Assembly (NCBI GenBank): GCA_050329585.1
Contig: JBHJOR010000008.1
Coordinates: 1,481-65,480, forward strand
Reading direction: 5' to 3'
Source of the DNA: Candidatus Methylacidiphilales bacterium
GTDB taxonomy: Bacteria > Verrucomicrobiota > Verrucomicrobiia > Methylacidiphilales > JBCBYL01
DNA: 64,000 nucleotides
Of this stretch, positions 1-10,971 are shown in pieces. The translations under genes and the position numbers were made by a program. How positions within the stretch are numbered: position 1 is the stretch's first letter; the number at the start of each line of letters is the position of its first letter. The notes beneath the pieces are model-generated. The model worked only from the letters and a program-made list of their open reading frames with translations. It made no database searches and was not told where the DNA came from.

Positions 1-96
1 TGCTAACATATTAAGCGACTGATTCTCAAGAACAATACAGTTCAGTATGGAACTGAAACGTGGTGGCTTGAGTGATGGGTTTATGGAGGGTAAGAT

Positions 97-819
97 GTGG
101 TTATGAAGTTTAGTCAACGCTGGAAGGCTCGTTTGGGTGGCTTGGTTCTGGGTTGGCTACTCATGGCGGGGTGTAGCGAAGAGTCTTTGCGGGCTCAGGA
201 AGTTCAGCACCATGGGTTGGTTTTTGAACGCTGGATAGCCGATACCTTTTTTAAGGGTTACCGTCCGGGTTACACCGACGCGTGGGACATACCGGCGATC
301 GTGAACCGTGATTGGGGTGGCATTCCCGTCAATCCCAAAGCGGTCAAATATGGAACCTCGGTGGATTTGGGTGATGCCTTGCGTCAGTATGATATCGCAG
401 AGCCCTATCTTCTGGTGTTGGGTTATTGGGAACAGCGTGGGGATTACAAACACTTCACTAGGGTTGTTGCCCTGCGCATGGAGCCGGAAATCAAAAAGAA
501 ACTCTGGCATCCCGTGACACGGGAGGACTTGCAGCGACTCGATACCCTGATTAAAAACCGCTCGCTCGACTATCGGGACGTGCGACGCAGAGCGCTTGAA
601 ATAAAGAATCAGCCACCGTTCACCGAGGCCGTCATATCGGTTCATCCAAAAATTGATGGTCATGGTCAACGACGGCTACAATGCAGCCTGAGTTTTGCCC
701 ATGTCTTCGAATATCTAGCCGAAGGGGAAGACCCTTCTCCGCAAGAAAAAGCGGTCTTGTGGGGTCAGCCGGTTCCTTCTCCGATCTTCTCGCCACCCCG
801 GCGGTTTTCATCCGAGTGA
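97..819 (+). CDS. hypothetical lipoprotein
   Basis: 240-aa ORF. The N-terminus MKFSQRWKARLGGLVLGWLLMAGC has a lipobox-like LMAGC. ATG at 103 is a more likely start than GTG at 97. No family recognised. Confidence 0.6.
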   Translation: MVMKFSQRWKARLGGLVLGWLLMAGCSEESLRAQEVQHHGLVFERWIADTFFKGYRPGYTDAWDIPAIVNRDWGGIPVNPKAVKYGTSVDLGDALRQYDIAEPYLLVLGYWEQRGDYKHFTRVVALRMEPEIKKKLWHPVTREDLQRLDTLIKNRSLDYRDVRRRALEIKNQPPFTEAVISVHPKIDGHGQRRLQCSLSFAHVFEYLAEGEDPSPQEKAVLWGQPVPSPIFSPPRRFSSE

Positions 820-857
820 ACGGATTTGACATTTGTCAGCACCTGTCCTGCGGTCTA

Positions 858-3296
858 ATGTCAACGAAGATGAATTTGAGAAACCACTTGATTTGCCTGC
901 TGGTTGTCTGTGCCACAGGGGCTCCGGCGCAGGAAGAAGCAGGGCGGCCATCCTCGGCCAAGGTGGTCAACATCGACGATCTAAAACCCCCAGCGGATCA
1001 ATTGATGCGGGAGGCGGTGGCCCTGCAGTCTGGCGGGGAGCCAGCCCGCGCCGCGGCGGTTCTAGCCGATGTCTTGCGTTATTATCCGGACACGGAAAGT
1101 AAACCAGAAATTTTGTTTCGTCTGGCAGAATGTTACCGCGCGTTGGGGCGTTTCCCTGAGGCACGGGAAGCCTTAGCCTTGCTGCGTGGTCAATTCGAAA
1201 AATCCTCCTGGCAGTTGCCGGGATACCTGCTTTCCGGAGAAATGTCGGCATCGGAGGATCGCTGGCAGGAGGCATTGGAGGATTTCAAAAAGGCGGCTCG
1301 CTCGAAAGAAGCGAGGGTGAAGGTGCGGGCCCTTTACCTTCAGTCCGTGTCGGCCTTAAGGATTAAAAACACCAAAGAAGCAGCCGCGGCACTGACCGCG
1401 CTACGGGCTGTGGAGAAGGAAAACCCTCACCGCGACTTCGCGTTTCTCAAATCCGGAGAGCTGGCGGCAGCCGAAGGCAAAGACGCCGACGCCAGCCAAT
1501 TTTTCAAACAAGCCATTTCCTTGACCACTCAAGCCCCACTGAGAGCCGAAGCGGCGGTGCGGGCGGGTAATCTAGAGCGCAAACGCGGCAACCTCGCCGA
1601 TGCGGTGGTTTTTTATGAAATGGCGCGGAAGCTGGACGCACCGGACGTTTGGCGTGAGCTGGCACACTTCGGCTTGGTGCAAGCCTATTTCACCGCTGAA
1701 AACTTTGCGGACGTCGTGCGCATTTTTAATGAGGTAAAGCCCGCATTTCCGGAGGATACCCGGGATGCGGTTTTATTCATGGTCGCCGAGGCTCAGCGGA
1801 TGCAGGGAAATTCAGCTGAGGCGATGGGATTGTATGAGGTCTTGTTAAAAGAATCGAAAAACGATCCCTTGGTGCAAGCGGCGATGTGGGGGCGCGTTCT
1901 GATTTTGCAAACACAGGGCAGCACCAAGGCCGGTGACGCCGCGGCGGCCTACTTGGCACGCTACCCGGATGGGCCGGAGGTGGTGCGCGCGCAGCTCATT
2001 CGGGCGGACGCCTTTTTCCTCAAGAGAGATTTTTCCACCGCAGCCCCCATGTATGAGGAACTCCTTAAAGAGCCCGCCAAATTGGAAGCGGTGTCTGGGG
2101 CGGTTCTCAGACAGACTTGGCTCAGAGCGGGAGTCTGCTCCTATGGACTTGAAAAGTACGAAGCCGCAACGAACTGGCTGCGCATTTTTTTGGAAGCATC
2201 GGTAAAGGCCAAAGATGACACAGGCCGAGTGGACGCTCTGTGGTTGTTGGGACAATCGCATCTTGCGCTCAAACAATTCAAGGAGGCGGTGCCCATTCTG
2301 GAACAACTGGTGGTGGAACAACCGCACTTTGCGCAACGTGAGGATTTATTGTGGAAAACCGCCTTTGCCTACGGAAGCCTGAAGCAGTTCGAGGGTATGA
2401 AAAGGATGTTGGAGCGTGTATTGGCTGAGTTTCCATCCGACGGGAGAAAGGGTGAGCTTTACCAATGGCTGGCCGTAGCTTCCGAGAATCTGGGTCAGGA
2501 AAAGGACGCGTTTGAATATTGGGGTAAAGCGCGTCTGGTGGAAAAGGAGGCCTATTTTGAACGTGCTACCCGTTATCGGATTCAATACGCCCTCAAATCC
2601 AAAAACTTGGATGTGTTGGTGGATGAGGTTGGTCGTTATGAGGCATGGAGAGAAAAAAACCCGAAATCCGAAAGTCTGGGCAGCGAACTTAGAGAATGGT
2701 TGGCTCAAGAACTGGAAGCAGTGAATCGCATCGACGAAGCGGAGATGGAATACCGGGGAGTGTTGGCAACCTCAAATGAAGCGGAGCAACAAAAACGGGT
2801 GCGGTTGAAATTGGCCCGCATGATGACCAAAATCATGCGGCATGGCGCGGCCGTGCGGGAATGGGAACTCTTCCGTGCCGCTTATCCGGATGACGCCGAT
2901 CATCCCGATGTGTTGGGCTCTCTGGTGGATGGTTATCTCGGCAGCGCGGACTTTGAAAAAGCCCGAACCCTCACCGAACTGCTTCTGCGTCAGAATCCCG
3001 AAGGAGTTGAAAACGTTAAGGCTCGCTTGTTATTAGGGGACATCGACATGGCGCGCGGAAACTATCAAGAAGCAGCTAAAATATATCGTGCTGTATCTCT
3101 TCTGGCATTGGACGATCGCTTGGTTCCTCTGGCACTTCAACGAGCGGAACGAGCGTTTCGGCGTGCAGGAATGGAAAAAGAAGCCGATTCTCTACTACTT
3201 CAGTTACGTAAAGAATTTCCAGATTTTGATCCCCGTGGTGAGCCGGTAGCAGTTTCGCTTCTCGATTTGAAAAAACAGGATATAATAAAGCCATGA
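858..3296 (+). CDS. secreted TPR-repeat protein
   Basis: ORF 681..3296 trimmed to ATG 858, giving the signal peptide MSTKMNLRNHLICLLVVCATGAPAQEE. The body is degenerate TPR-like helical repeats (AECYRALGRFPEAREAL, GDIDMARGNYQEAAKIY). The stop overlaps the next start. Confidence 0.8.
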   Translation: MSTKMNLRNHLICLLVVCATGAPAQEEAGRPSSAKVVNIDDLKPPADQLMREAVALQSGGEPARAAAVLADVLRYYPDTESKPEILFRLAECYRALGRFPEAREALALLRGQFEKSSWQLPGYLLSGEMSASEDRWQEALEDFKKAARSKEARVKVRALYLQSVSALRIKNTKEAAAALTALRAVEKENPHRDFAFLKSGELAAAEGKDADASQFFKQAISLTTQAPLRAEAAVRAGNLERKRGNLADAVVFYEMARKLDAPDVWRELAHFGLVQAYFTAENFADVVRIFNEVKPAFPEDTRDAVLFMVAEAQRMQGNSAEAMGLYEVLLKESKNDPLVQAAMWGRVLILQTQGSTKAGDAAAAYLARYPDGPEVVRAQLIRADAFFLKRDFSTAAPMYEELLKEPAKLEAVSGAVLRQTWLRAGVCSYGLEKYEAATNWLRIFLEASVKAKDDTGRVDALWLLGQSHLALKQFKEAVPILEQLVVEQPHFAQREDLLWKTAFAYGSLKQFEGMKRMLERVLAEFPSDGRKGELYQWLAVASENLGQEKDAFEYWGKARLVEKEAYFERATRYRIQYALKSKNLDVLVDEVGRYEAWREKNPKSESLGSELREWLAQELEAVNRIDEAEMEYRGVLATSNEAEQQKRVRLKLARMMTKIMRHGAAVREWELFRAAYPDDADHPDVLGSLVDGYLGSADFEKARTLTELLLRQNPEGVENVKARLLLGDIDMARGNYQEAAKIYRAVSLLALDDRLVPLALQRAERAFRRAGMEKEADSLLLQLRKEFPDFDPRGEPVAVSLLDLKKQDIIKP

Positions 3297-4273
3297 CTGA
3301 ATGGGCTGTACCCTACCGAGATGATCATTCACTGGAAAAGTGGCTGGGCACCGCTGTCTTCGGATCCTTGGTGGTTCATTTGTTATTATTCCTTTTTTTT
3401 CGGGTGATGTGGCTGGAAATGGGACGTCCGATGGTTGATCCAGTGGATCCGCCGAGGTTCCGACTTGAGCAATCGAGTATTGACCCGAAATATCTCACAG
3501 AATTTTCCGAAACGCCCCAAGGACACTCCCAAACTGTGACCCGTGAACCGGTCAATCTGGAAATCGGGGAGATCGTATCGTTTGCGGGATCGCTCCAAGC
3601 TCCTTCTATTCCAGTGCCGCGCCTCACACAGCCGGATCCTTCTTCGCTCAGTGCCGATGCTGCGACGCCTCAGGCCGCATTCAGTGCGCTGCCTTTGCAG
3701 AAGGAGGGAAATATTCCACAAGCTGCCCAAGCTTTGGTAGATCGAGCCAGCACCGCAGCACTGGACGCCGCCTATGATTTGGCTACTCAATCCAATGTTC
3801 TGGGTGGTGGTGGAGAGGCCATTCAAGGTGTGGGTCTGCCGGGAATGGATGAAATTTCGGCACTGGTGAAGCCGTCGGCCTTGGTGGACATGGATTTACG
3901 CAAGCCCGAATTCCAGCCTATTCTAGTGAGATTTAACAGTGAGCTTCTTTTTGATTTTGGCTCGGACAAACTCAATGAATCCGCCGTGGAACGTCTGGGG
4001 CGGGTGGCAGACTTTATCCGGCAGGCGGAAGACTTGCAGGTGACCATCGAAGGCCACACCGACTCCATTGATGAAGATGAATACAATATGGCGCTGAGTA
4101 AACGCCGCGCTCAGGCCGTGGCGGATTGGTTCGTGCAAACGGCTGCGATCGATCCATCGGCACTGAAAGTGGTGGGATATGGCGAGACCCGTCCATTGGT
4201 TCCGCAGACCGGGGATAAGGATGAGGAGCGACTCAACCGCAGGGTGGAGATTCGCATCGAGGGTAAAAAATAA
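3293..4273 (+). CDS. OmpA/MotB-domain protein, membrane anchored
   Basis: N-terminal TM helix. C-terminal OmpA-like peptidoglycan-binding motifs TIEGHTDSIDEDEYNMALSKRRAQAVADWF, GYGETRPL and NRRVEIRI. 4-nt overlap with the TPR gene. Confidence 0.85.
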   Translation: MTEWAVPYRDDHSLEKWLGTAVFGSLVVHLLLFLFFRVMWLEMGRPMVDPVDPPRFRLEQSSIDPKYLTEFSETPQGHSQTVTREPVNLEIGEIVSFAGSLQAPSIPVPRLTQPDPSSLSADAATPQAAFSALPLQKEGNIPQAAQALVDRASTAALDAAYDLATQSNVLGGGGEAIQGVGLPGMDEISALVKPSALVDMDLRKPEFQPILVRFNSELLFDFGSDKLNESAVERLGRVADFIRQAEDLQVTIEGHTDSIDEDEYNMALSKRRAQAVADWFVQTAAIDPSALKVVGYGETRPLVPQTGDKDEERLNRRVEIRIEGKK

Positions 4274-4313
4274 GCAGTTGGTGGTTCGGTTACTTCCGCA
4301 ATAATCCTGCCGC

Positions 4314-5648
4314 ATGGACCTAAAACCAGAGATGCGCGGTGCGGCCGTCCGGAACATTCCGTGTTTTATCGGTTTCCGCATTTGCTTTAATGCCCGATTT
4401 TATTATCCCGTTTTTGCCATTTTTTTTATCGATCATGGACTGACGATGGGGCAGTTCGCGCTGCTGAACGTGGTTTGGGCGATGGTCATCGTTTTGGCGG
4501 AAGTGCCGTTTGGAGCCTTGGCGGATCGAATAGGTCGTCGTCCGCTGGTGGTGGCAGCCGGGGTGGTGATGGTGCTGGAAATGGCCGTGTTGATGGCAGC
4601 GCCGGTGGGCAATCCCGCACTGGCATTCTGGTTCTTCCTTCTTAACCGCATTTTGAGCGGGGTGGCGGAGGCGTTGGCCAGCGGTGCTGATGAGGCATTG
4701 GCGTATGACTCCCTGACCGAAGAGGGAAGGGAAACCCGCTGGGCCGGGGTAATGAAACAAATGATGTCCTGGCAATCCGCCGCTTTTTTCGTGGCGATGC
4801 TCACCGGAGGGGTGGTGTATGACGCGGGTTTTTTAAACCGCATTTTCGAGTGGGCAGGAACGGGATGGGTGTTGGATTCAACACAAACGTTGAAAATTCC
4901 GGTGGTTCTGACCCTGATCACTTCGGTGGCGGGGGTGGTGCTGGCCTGGATGATGCAAGAGCCCGCACGTCATGTGGAACGGATGGAGGGTGAAGTGGTG
5001 GATTCCTGGTCTCAAGTGCGCCGAACCTGCCTCTGGGTCATGGGACATCGCGCCGTGCTGGCGTTGATTCTTATGGGTTTGTTGTTCGACAGCACGGTGC
5101 GGATGATGATTACGCTGGGTAGTGAATACTTCCGGTTCATTCAATATCCCGAGGCGGCTTTTGGTGTGTTGGGAGCTTTATCTGCTTCCTTGGGATTCAT
5201 TTCAGGTTCTCTGGGTAAGTGGCTGGTGGGTAACCGTGGGCGCGGTGTGAATTTTTTGGTTCTCGGGGCGGTGGGTGCTTTCGGACTCACGGGCGTAGCA
5301 CTCGGGCTGCCTTATGTGGGGTATGTATTTTGGATGGTGCTCATGATCGGATTTGGCCTTTTGAATTTTTTCATCAGCACGTATTTAAACGCCGAGACGC
5401 CCTCCGAGGTGCGGGCAACCGTGTTGAGTGTGCGCAGTATGATCTTCAATATGGGATATGGAGTAGTGGGTCTGCTCTACGCGGGGTGGACGTATGGGTT
5501 GCGCGGAGATGGAGACGGTGAAGGTGTTTTTGCGGCCAGTCTCACGGCCTTCCCTGTATATTTTGTACTGACCTATTTTGTGGCGTGGTGGTGGCTCCGC
5601 CGGGGTTTGGGATGGGGTGTCACGCCAGCTGAAGATCTCCGGTCTTGA
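4314..5648 (+). CDS. MFS transporter
   Basis: 444 aa and polytopic. MFS-type loop motif GALADRIGRRPLV after TM2. About 12 hydrophobic segments. Confidence 0.8.
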   Translation: MDLKPEMRGAAVRNIPCFIGFRICFNARFYYPVFAIFFIDHGLTMGQFALLNVVWAMVIVLAEVPFGALADRIGRRPLVVAAGVVMVLEMAVLMAAPVGNPALAFWFFLLNRILSGVAEALASGADEALAYDSLTEEGRETRWAGVMKQMMSWQSAAFFVAMLTGGVVYDAGFLNRIFEWAGTGWVLDSTQTLKIPVVLTLITSVAGVVLAWMMQEPARHVERMEGEVVDSWSQVRRTCLWVMGHRAVLALILMGLLFDSTVRMMITLGSEYFRFIQYPEAAFGVLGALSASLGFISGSLGKWLVGNRGRGVNFLVLGAVGAFGLTGVALGLPYVGYVFWMVLMIGFGLLNFFISTYLNAETPSEVRATVLSVRSMIFNMGYGVVGLLYAGWTYGLRGDGDGEGVFAASLTAFPVYFVLTYFVAWWWLRRGLGWGVTPAEDLRS

Positions 5649-5678
5649 CGCAGATCCCGGTAGTTCCGAACATCCGGG

Positions 5679-6197
5679 ATGTCAACTCGTCCTTTGCCTA
5701 TCATTAAACAGATCGGGGCGGCATGGCTGCTACTGTGTCTGGCCATCACGTCTACGTATGGACAGGAGTCCACCCCGGTCATTTTTTCGGTGGAACTGCC
5801 AGATGGTGAATACCGGGTGAATGTGAGACAGGTGGTGAGTGTCAGTGTTCACCGCTATTTGGTCGATGGAATCTTAACCGTAGATGAGTTGACAGTGGAT
5901 ACCTCCGGTAACACGGTGGCCCGTTTTTACGTCGTGGATCGAAATCAGGAAGTGCGCGCTCCCGGGGGATTAGGACAATCCTTAATAGATCAAGCTCAGA
6001 GCAAGGCGGACAGTCTAAAAGACCGATCTGGTGTGGCTGCACTGATAGACCGCTCGGTGGTTAAATCCTATCCGACTACCACTCACGCCCGCACGGTGGA
6101 GTACCGGCTGGGGGATAAAAAAGTGTTGATGGATTTGTTTCGCGCGTTGTCCCGCTCATGGGCGGCATCCACACCGGGTAAATTTAAAGTGGAATGA
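5679..6197 (+). CDS. hypothetical secreted protein
   Basis: 172 aa with signal peptide AAWLLLCLAITSTYGQ. No family recognised. Confidence 0.55.
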   Translation: MSTRPLPIIKQIGAAWLLLCLAITSTYGQESTPVIFSVELPDGEYRVNVRQVVSVSVHRYLVDGILTVDELTVDTSGNTVARFYVVDRNQEVRAPGGLGQSLIDQAQSKADSLKDRSGVAALIDRSVVKSYPTTTHARTVEYRLGDKKVLMDLFRALSRSWAASTPGKFKVE

Positions 6198-6267
6198 ATC
6201 TTTTTTTCCATCAAGGAGGGGCCAAAGTGCTTGCCTCGAAGCGCACTCTCCGGTTTGCTGATCCATT

Positions 6268-7557
6268 GTGAAATCACTGGGTATCGGACTGATTGGTTGC
6301 GGCGTGGTCGGCGGCGGCGTGGTGCGTCACGCGGATCGAAACCGTGAGTGGATTGTATCGCGTTGCGGCTTGGATCTTTGCGTGGAGCGTGTCGCGGTGC
6401 GGGATGTCACTAAGGCCCGCGGTGTCGATCCTTCGAGGTTGACCGATGATTGGCGGAAGGTGGTGAATGATCCCTCGGTAGAGGTGGTGGTGGAGCTGAT
6501 GGGAGGTATGGATCTCGCTTTCGAGGTGGCGGAGGCGACGTTGAATGCAGGCAAGCCGCTGGTAACTGCCAACAAAGCCCTTTTAGCCGAACGCGGTGCG
6601 GCGTTGTTTCGCTTGGCATCCGAAAAAAAGGCACCGATTTTTTTTGAGGCCAGCGTGGCGGGAGGCATACCTATCGTCAAAGCGTTGTCCGAGGGACTGC
6701 GTGCCAACAGGATTGAACGCATCATTGGGATCATCAATGGCACCTGCAACTACATCCTGACCCGCATGGAGCGCGAGCGGCTTCCGTTTGCCGACATTTT
6801 GGCCGAGGCCAAGGATCTGGGTTATGCGGAAGCGGATGAACGTTTGGATGTGGATGGCTTGGATGCGGCTCACAAAGCGGCCATCCTCGCTGCTTTAGCC
6901 TTTGGACGAGTGGTGACTTTTGAGCAGGTTTACGTTGAAGGCATCCGTAGCATCACCCCGCTCGATATGCAGTTTGCCGACACCCTCGGATACACCATCA
7001 AACTTTTGGCTATCATGAGACAGCATGTCGACGGCAAAATTGAAGTGCGTGTTCACCCGGCGCTGGTCGCCAAAGCGCACGTGTTATCGACCATTCACGG
7101 TGTGTTCAATGCGGTGCAGGTGTTCGGAGATGTGGTGGGCCAGACGCTTTTTTACGGTCGTGGTGCCGGGGCTGATCCCACTGCCAGCGCGGTGCTGGCA
7201 GACGTGATTGAGGCGGGGCTGGTATTACACGGAGGTTGTTCCAAACCATGTGCCTTCAATGCCCACGAACCGGCGGAGCTGCTGTCTATGGACGAAGTGA
7301 TGCTGCCCTATTATGTGCGCCTCACGGTTTTGAACCAGCCCGGCGTTTTGGCTCGGGTGGCTTCCATTTTGGGCGCACATCAGATAGGTATTTCATCGGT
7401 TTTCCAACCGGAGGGGCATCATGAACAACACGTTCCTCTGGTCTTTTTGTTGGACCGTGCCCGGGAAGCGGACATGCGTGCGGCGATGGCAGAAATCAAA
7501 CAACTCGATGTGGTAAAAGATCCCTGCCAAGTGATTCGTGTAGAGGAACTATTATGA
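6268..7557 (+). CDS. hom: homoserine dehydrogenase
   Basis: GTG start. N-terminal Rossmann motif [14 protein letters not shown]. Core motifs ANKALLA and [11 protein letters not shown]-terminal ACT-like region. Confidence 0.9.
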   Translation: MKSLGIGLIGCGVVGGGVVRHADRNREWIVSRCGLDLCVERVAVRDVTKARGVDPSRLTDDWRKVVNDPSVEVVVELMGGMDLAFEVAEATLNAGKPLVTANKALLAERGAALFRLASEKKAPIFFEASVAGGIPIVKALSEGLRANRIERIIGIINGTCNYILTRMERERLPFADILAEAKDLGYAEADERLDVDGLDAAHKAAILAALAFGRVVTFEQVYVEGIRSITPLDMQFADTLGYTIKLLAIMRQHVDGKIEVRVHPALVAKAHVLSTIHGVFNAVQVFGDVVGQTLFYGRGAGADPTASAVLADVIEAGLVLHGGCSKPCAFNAHEPAELLSMDEVMLPYYVRLTVLNQPGVLARVASILGAHQIGISSVFQPEGHHEQHVPLVFLLDRAREADMRAAMAEIKQLDVVKDPCQVIRVEELL

Positions 7558-8630
7558 GCAAACTGAATACAGGCTGGCCCGGAGTCGTAGAGCGTTATCG
7601 TGACTACCTTCCGGTTACCGAGACGACTCCCGTGGTGACGTTATTAGAGGGCAATACGCCGTTGATTCCCGCTCCACGGCTGGCGGCGGCTCTGGGAGGC
7701 GGTATTGAGTTGTTTCTGAAATATGAAGCCTTGAATCCCACCTGTTCCTTTAAGGATCGCGGTATGACGATGGCCATGACTAAAGCCAAAGAGCGCGGAG
7801 CCCGGGTGGTGGTCTGTGCCAGCACCGGAAATACCTCCGCCTCCGCCGCCGCTTACGCCACCCGAGGAGGAATGAAGGCTGTGGTCATTCTTCCCCATGG
7901 TAAAATCGCTCTGGGCAAATTGGCGCAGGCGCTGGTGTATGGTGCGCGTATTATCCCCATTGACGGAAATTTTGACCAAGCGTTGGATCTAGTTCGTGCT
8001 CTCGGTGAACGAGATGACGTTGAAGTGGTTAACTCTATTAATCCGTTCCGCATTGAAGGCCAGAAAACGGCCGCCTTCGAAATTTGTGATGTCCTCGGCA
8101 GGGCTCCGGATTTTCATTTTATCCCGGTAGGTAACGCCGGGAACATCACCGCGTATTGGAAAGGCTTCACAGAATATCATCAAAAAGGTGAGATCGCCTC
8201 GCTGCCGCGCATGATGGGTTGGCAGGCGGCGGGTGCGGCACCGATTGTAGATGGCCGCGTTGTGGATCACCCTGAAACGGTGGCCACCGCTATTCGCATA
8301 GGCAACCCGGCAAGCTGGAAACAGGCCGAAGCGGCGGCTCGGGATTCAGGCGGCAAAATAGATAAAGTAACCGATGAAGAAATTTTAGAGGCATACCGGA
8401 TGGTGGCGGCATGTGAAGGGGTTTTCGTCGAGCCGGCCTGTGCGGCTCCGTTGGCAGGATTGAAAAAAGCGCTGGCCGCGGGCTGGATTCCGAAAGGCAG
8501 CGTCGTCACTGCCACCATGACCGGGCACGGATTGAAGGATCCCGACACCGCGATCCAACTTGCCGGCCAAAAACTTACCCCTGTCCCACCCGATGTGGCT
8601 TCCGTGCTGGAAGCGGTGGAACGATTCTAA
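7554..8630 (+). CDS. thrC: threonine synthase
   Basis: PLP-lysine motif [11 protein letters not shown] and ASTGNTSAS. 4-nt overlap with hom. Confidence 0.9.
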   Translation: MSKLNTGWPGVVERYRDYLPVTETTPVVTLLEGNTPLIPAPRLAAALGGGIELFLKYEALNPTCSFKDRGMTMAMTKAKERGARVVVCASTGNTSASAAAYATRGGMKAVVILPHGKIALGKLAQALVYGARIIPIDGNFDQALDLVRALGERDDVEVVNSINPFRIEGQKTAAFEICDVLGRAPDFHFIPVGNAGNITAYWKGFTEYHQKGEIASLPRMMGWQAAGAAPIVDGRVVDHPETVATAIRIGNPASWKQAEAAARDSGGKIDKVTDEEILEAYRMVAACEGVFVEPACAAPLAGLKKALAAGWIPKGSVVTATMTGHGLKDPDTAIQLAGQKLTPVPPDVASVLEAVERF

Positions 8631-8636
8631 CTCACT

Positions 8637-9422
8637 ATGGGCAGATTAATTCCTGGTTTAGTTTCGATCACCTTTCGGTCTTTAAAGGTGGATCAACTCA
8701 TTGACATGTCTGTCAAGAGTGGGCTCCGCTTGATTGAATGGGGAGGGGATGTGCACGTTCCACATGGCGATCTGGTGCGGGCCGAAGAAGTGGCAAAACA
8801 AACCCGGGATGCAGGCTTATCGGTGGCCGCTTACGGATCCTATTACCGGGTGGGAGTCAGCGAACAAGATGGACTGTCTTTTTCAAGCGTTTTGGAAACC
8901 GCCAAGACTCTGGGGGCTCCGGTGATACGTGTTTGGCCCGGCAATCGGGGATCTGACAAGGCTGATCCGGCCTTCCGATCCTGGGTGGTGGACGAGTTGC
9001 GCCGCATTGCCACCATGGCCGCAGAAGTCGGAATCGTGGTTGGAACGGAATACCACAGTGGAACACTTACCGACACCGATGCCTCTGCACGCGCGCTTCT
9101 GGATGAGGTGAACCATCCACATTGCCGGACACTCTGGCAGCCTCCCAACGGCCAAACGTTCAAGGCATCACTCCAAGGGCTGCAGGCATTGCGAGGGCGT
9201 ATTTCCCACTTGCACATTTTTCATTGGTGGCCGACAGCTGCTAATCGCCATGCCCTAGCGGACGGGGAAGACCGCTGGATACCCTATTTACGTGAAACGC
9301 TGGAGGCCCATCCAGATCGTGATATTCCAGTGCTGATGGAGTTTGTGCGACACGATTCCGTTGAGCAGTTCAAGCAGGATGCTGCTACCCTCATTCGGTG
9401 GATCAAGGAATTGGAGAAATAG
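8637..9422 (+). CDS. sugar phosphate isomerase/epimerase (xylose isomerase-like TIM barrel)
   Basis: 261 aa. The overall pattern (IEWGG, VIRVWPG, GTEYHSGT, HLHIFHW) is typical of the AP endonuclease 2 / xylose isomerase-like TIM barrel family. Confidence 0.7.
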   Translation: MGRLIPGLVSITFRSLKVDQLIDMSVKSGLRLIEWGGDVHVPHGDLVRAEEVAKQTRDAGLSVAAYGSYYRVGVSEQDGLSFSSVLETAKTLGAPVIRVWPGNRGSDKADPAFRSWVVDELRRIATMAAEVGIVVGTEYHSGTLTDTDASARALLDEVNHPHCRTLWQPPNGQTFKASLQGLQALRGRISHLHIFHWWPTAANRHALADGEDRWIPYLRETLEAHPDRDIPVLMEFVRHDSVEQFKQDAATLIRWIKELEK

Positions 9423-9494
9423 AAAAATAACCGATTTTCCTCTGTCTTAATGGCATAAATCTAGCTTGTAAAAACAACGCACGTATCGCTACTC

Positions 9495-10934
9495 ATGGAA
9501 TTTTCGAATTACCAAACCGATCAATTTTTCGACGAAATGTTTGAGGCCTCCGGTGAGGTGCGCCCACATTACCGGCAATTGATGCGTCGTTTTAATGAGC
9601 TTGGTGAAATGGAATTCGCCGATAAACGCCGGGCGGTCGATCTTTCCTTTCTGCGGATGGGAGTCACCTTCACCGTTTATGGTGACGAACGGGGAACCGA
9701 GCGGATTTTCCCGTTTGATCTGATACCACGCATCATCCCCAACTCCAAATGGGTGAGGATTGAAAAAGGACTCGAACAACGTATCACCGCGCTGAATCTT
9801 TTCCTCAAGGACATTTACCACGAGCAAAAAATCCTCAAAGATGGAGTGATCCCCGCGCACTACATACTTTCTGGAAAGCATTTCCGTTCGGCTTTCATGC
9901 ATATTGATGTGCCCAAAGATATTTACATCCATATTTGCGGCACGGATCTGATTCGCGACGATAAGGGAAATTACTTGGTATTAGAAGACAATGCGCGTTG
10001 CCCGTCTGGGGTTTCCTACGTGATTGAAAACCGCCAAGCCATGAAACGTGCCTTTCCGCAATTTTTCGAACGGGTGGGAGTTCGGCCGATTGACAGCTAC
10101 GCGGAGGATTTATTGGAAACACTTCGTTACATTGCCCCGCAGGGCAAAATGAATCCGACTATAGCGGTGCTGACCCCCGGCATTTATAACAGCGCTTACT
10201 TTGAACACTGTTTCTTAGCCAGAGAAATGGGGGTCGAAATCGTGGAAGGACAGGATTTATTGGTTCGCGACCAGAAAGTATACATGCGTACCACCCGGGG
10301 CATGGAGCAGGTGGATGTGCTGTACCGGCGTATTGATGATGATTTTTTGGATCCGGTGACTTTCCGCCGGGATTCGGTATTGGGAGTACCGGGATTGGTC
10401 AATGCTTACCGTGCAGGTAATATCAGTCTGGCCAATTCCATCGGAACCGGCATTGCCGATGATAAAGTGATGTATTACTTTGTTCCCCGAATGATCAAGT
10501 ATTATCTCGATCAGGAGCCCTTATTACCCAATGTGGAAACCTATCTGGCTTCGGAAGAAAAAGACATGGCCCACATCATGGACAAACTTCCGGAGTTGGT
10601 GGTCAAGGCCGCGAACGAAGCCGGAGGCTACGGCATGTTGATGGGCCCTAAAGCCTCCAAAGCGGAGATTGAGGATTTTCGCGTTAAAATTAAAGAAGAT
10701 CCGCGTAATTTTATTGCCCAGCCTACCATTTCCCTTTCCCGCCACCCCACCTATTGCGACGGGTCATTTGAGGGGCGTCATATTGACTTACGCCCGTATA
10801 TTATATTCGGAGAAAAAGTGCGTATTATGCCGGGTGGATTGACCCGGGTGGCTCTCAAAAAAGGATCTCTGGTGGTGAACTCTTCCCAAGGCGGCGGCAG
10901 TAAGGATACCTGGGTTTTATACGGAGACGAATAG
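9495..10934 (+). CDS. circularly permuted ATP-grasp type 2 protein
   Basis: 479 aa. Characteristic family stretches are [45 protein letters not shown] and GGLTRVAL. Confidence 0.85.
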   Translation: MEFSNYQTDQFFDEMFEASGEVRPHYRQLMRRFNELGEMEFADKRRAVDLSFLRMGVTFTVYGDERGTERIFPFDLIPRIIPNSKWVRIEKGLEQRITALNLFLKDIYHEQKILKDGVIPAHYILSGKHFRSAFMHIDVPKDIYIHICGTDLIRDDKGNYLVLEDNARCPSGVSYVIENRQAMKRAFPQFFERVGVRPIDSYAEDLLETLRYIAPQGKMNPTIAVLTPGIYNSAYFEHCFLAREMGVEIVEGQDLLVRDQKVYMRTTRGMEQVDVLYRRIDDDFLDPVTFRRDSVLGVPGLVNAYRAGNISLANSIGTGIADDKVMYYFVPRMIKYYLDQEPLLPNVETYLASEEKDMAHIMDKLPELVVKAANEAGGYGMLMGPKASKAEIEDFRVKIKEDPRNFIAQPTISLSRHPTYCDGSFEGRHIDLRPYIIFGEKVRIMPGGLTRVALKKGSLVVNSSQGGGSKDTWVLYGDE

Positions 10935-10971
10935 TGAATGCGCCGCTTTCCATTTCATTAAAGGAGATTTC

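Noticed and set aside
157-669. Long antisense ORFs throughout the track (for example 157..669-, 1845..2336-, 3923..4381-, 22351..22869-, 48174..48773-, 51572..52000+, 63119..63682-).
   Set aside because: Each lies entirely inside a motif-supported gene on the opposite strand. Their compositions are Arg/Pro/Gly/Ser-biased or stop-poor, as expected for shadow frames in moderately GC-rich DNA. None has recognisable motifs.
681-857. N-terminal extensions offered by the ORF track (681, 12852, 26056, 40372, 46068-, 48860, 50290, 57579, 58843, 60573).
   Set aside because: The extensions overlap the preceding gene and encode Arg/Pro-rich junk. In each case an internal ATG gives a proper signal peptide or the conserved family N-terminus, so I trimmed the starts.
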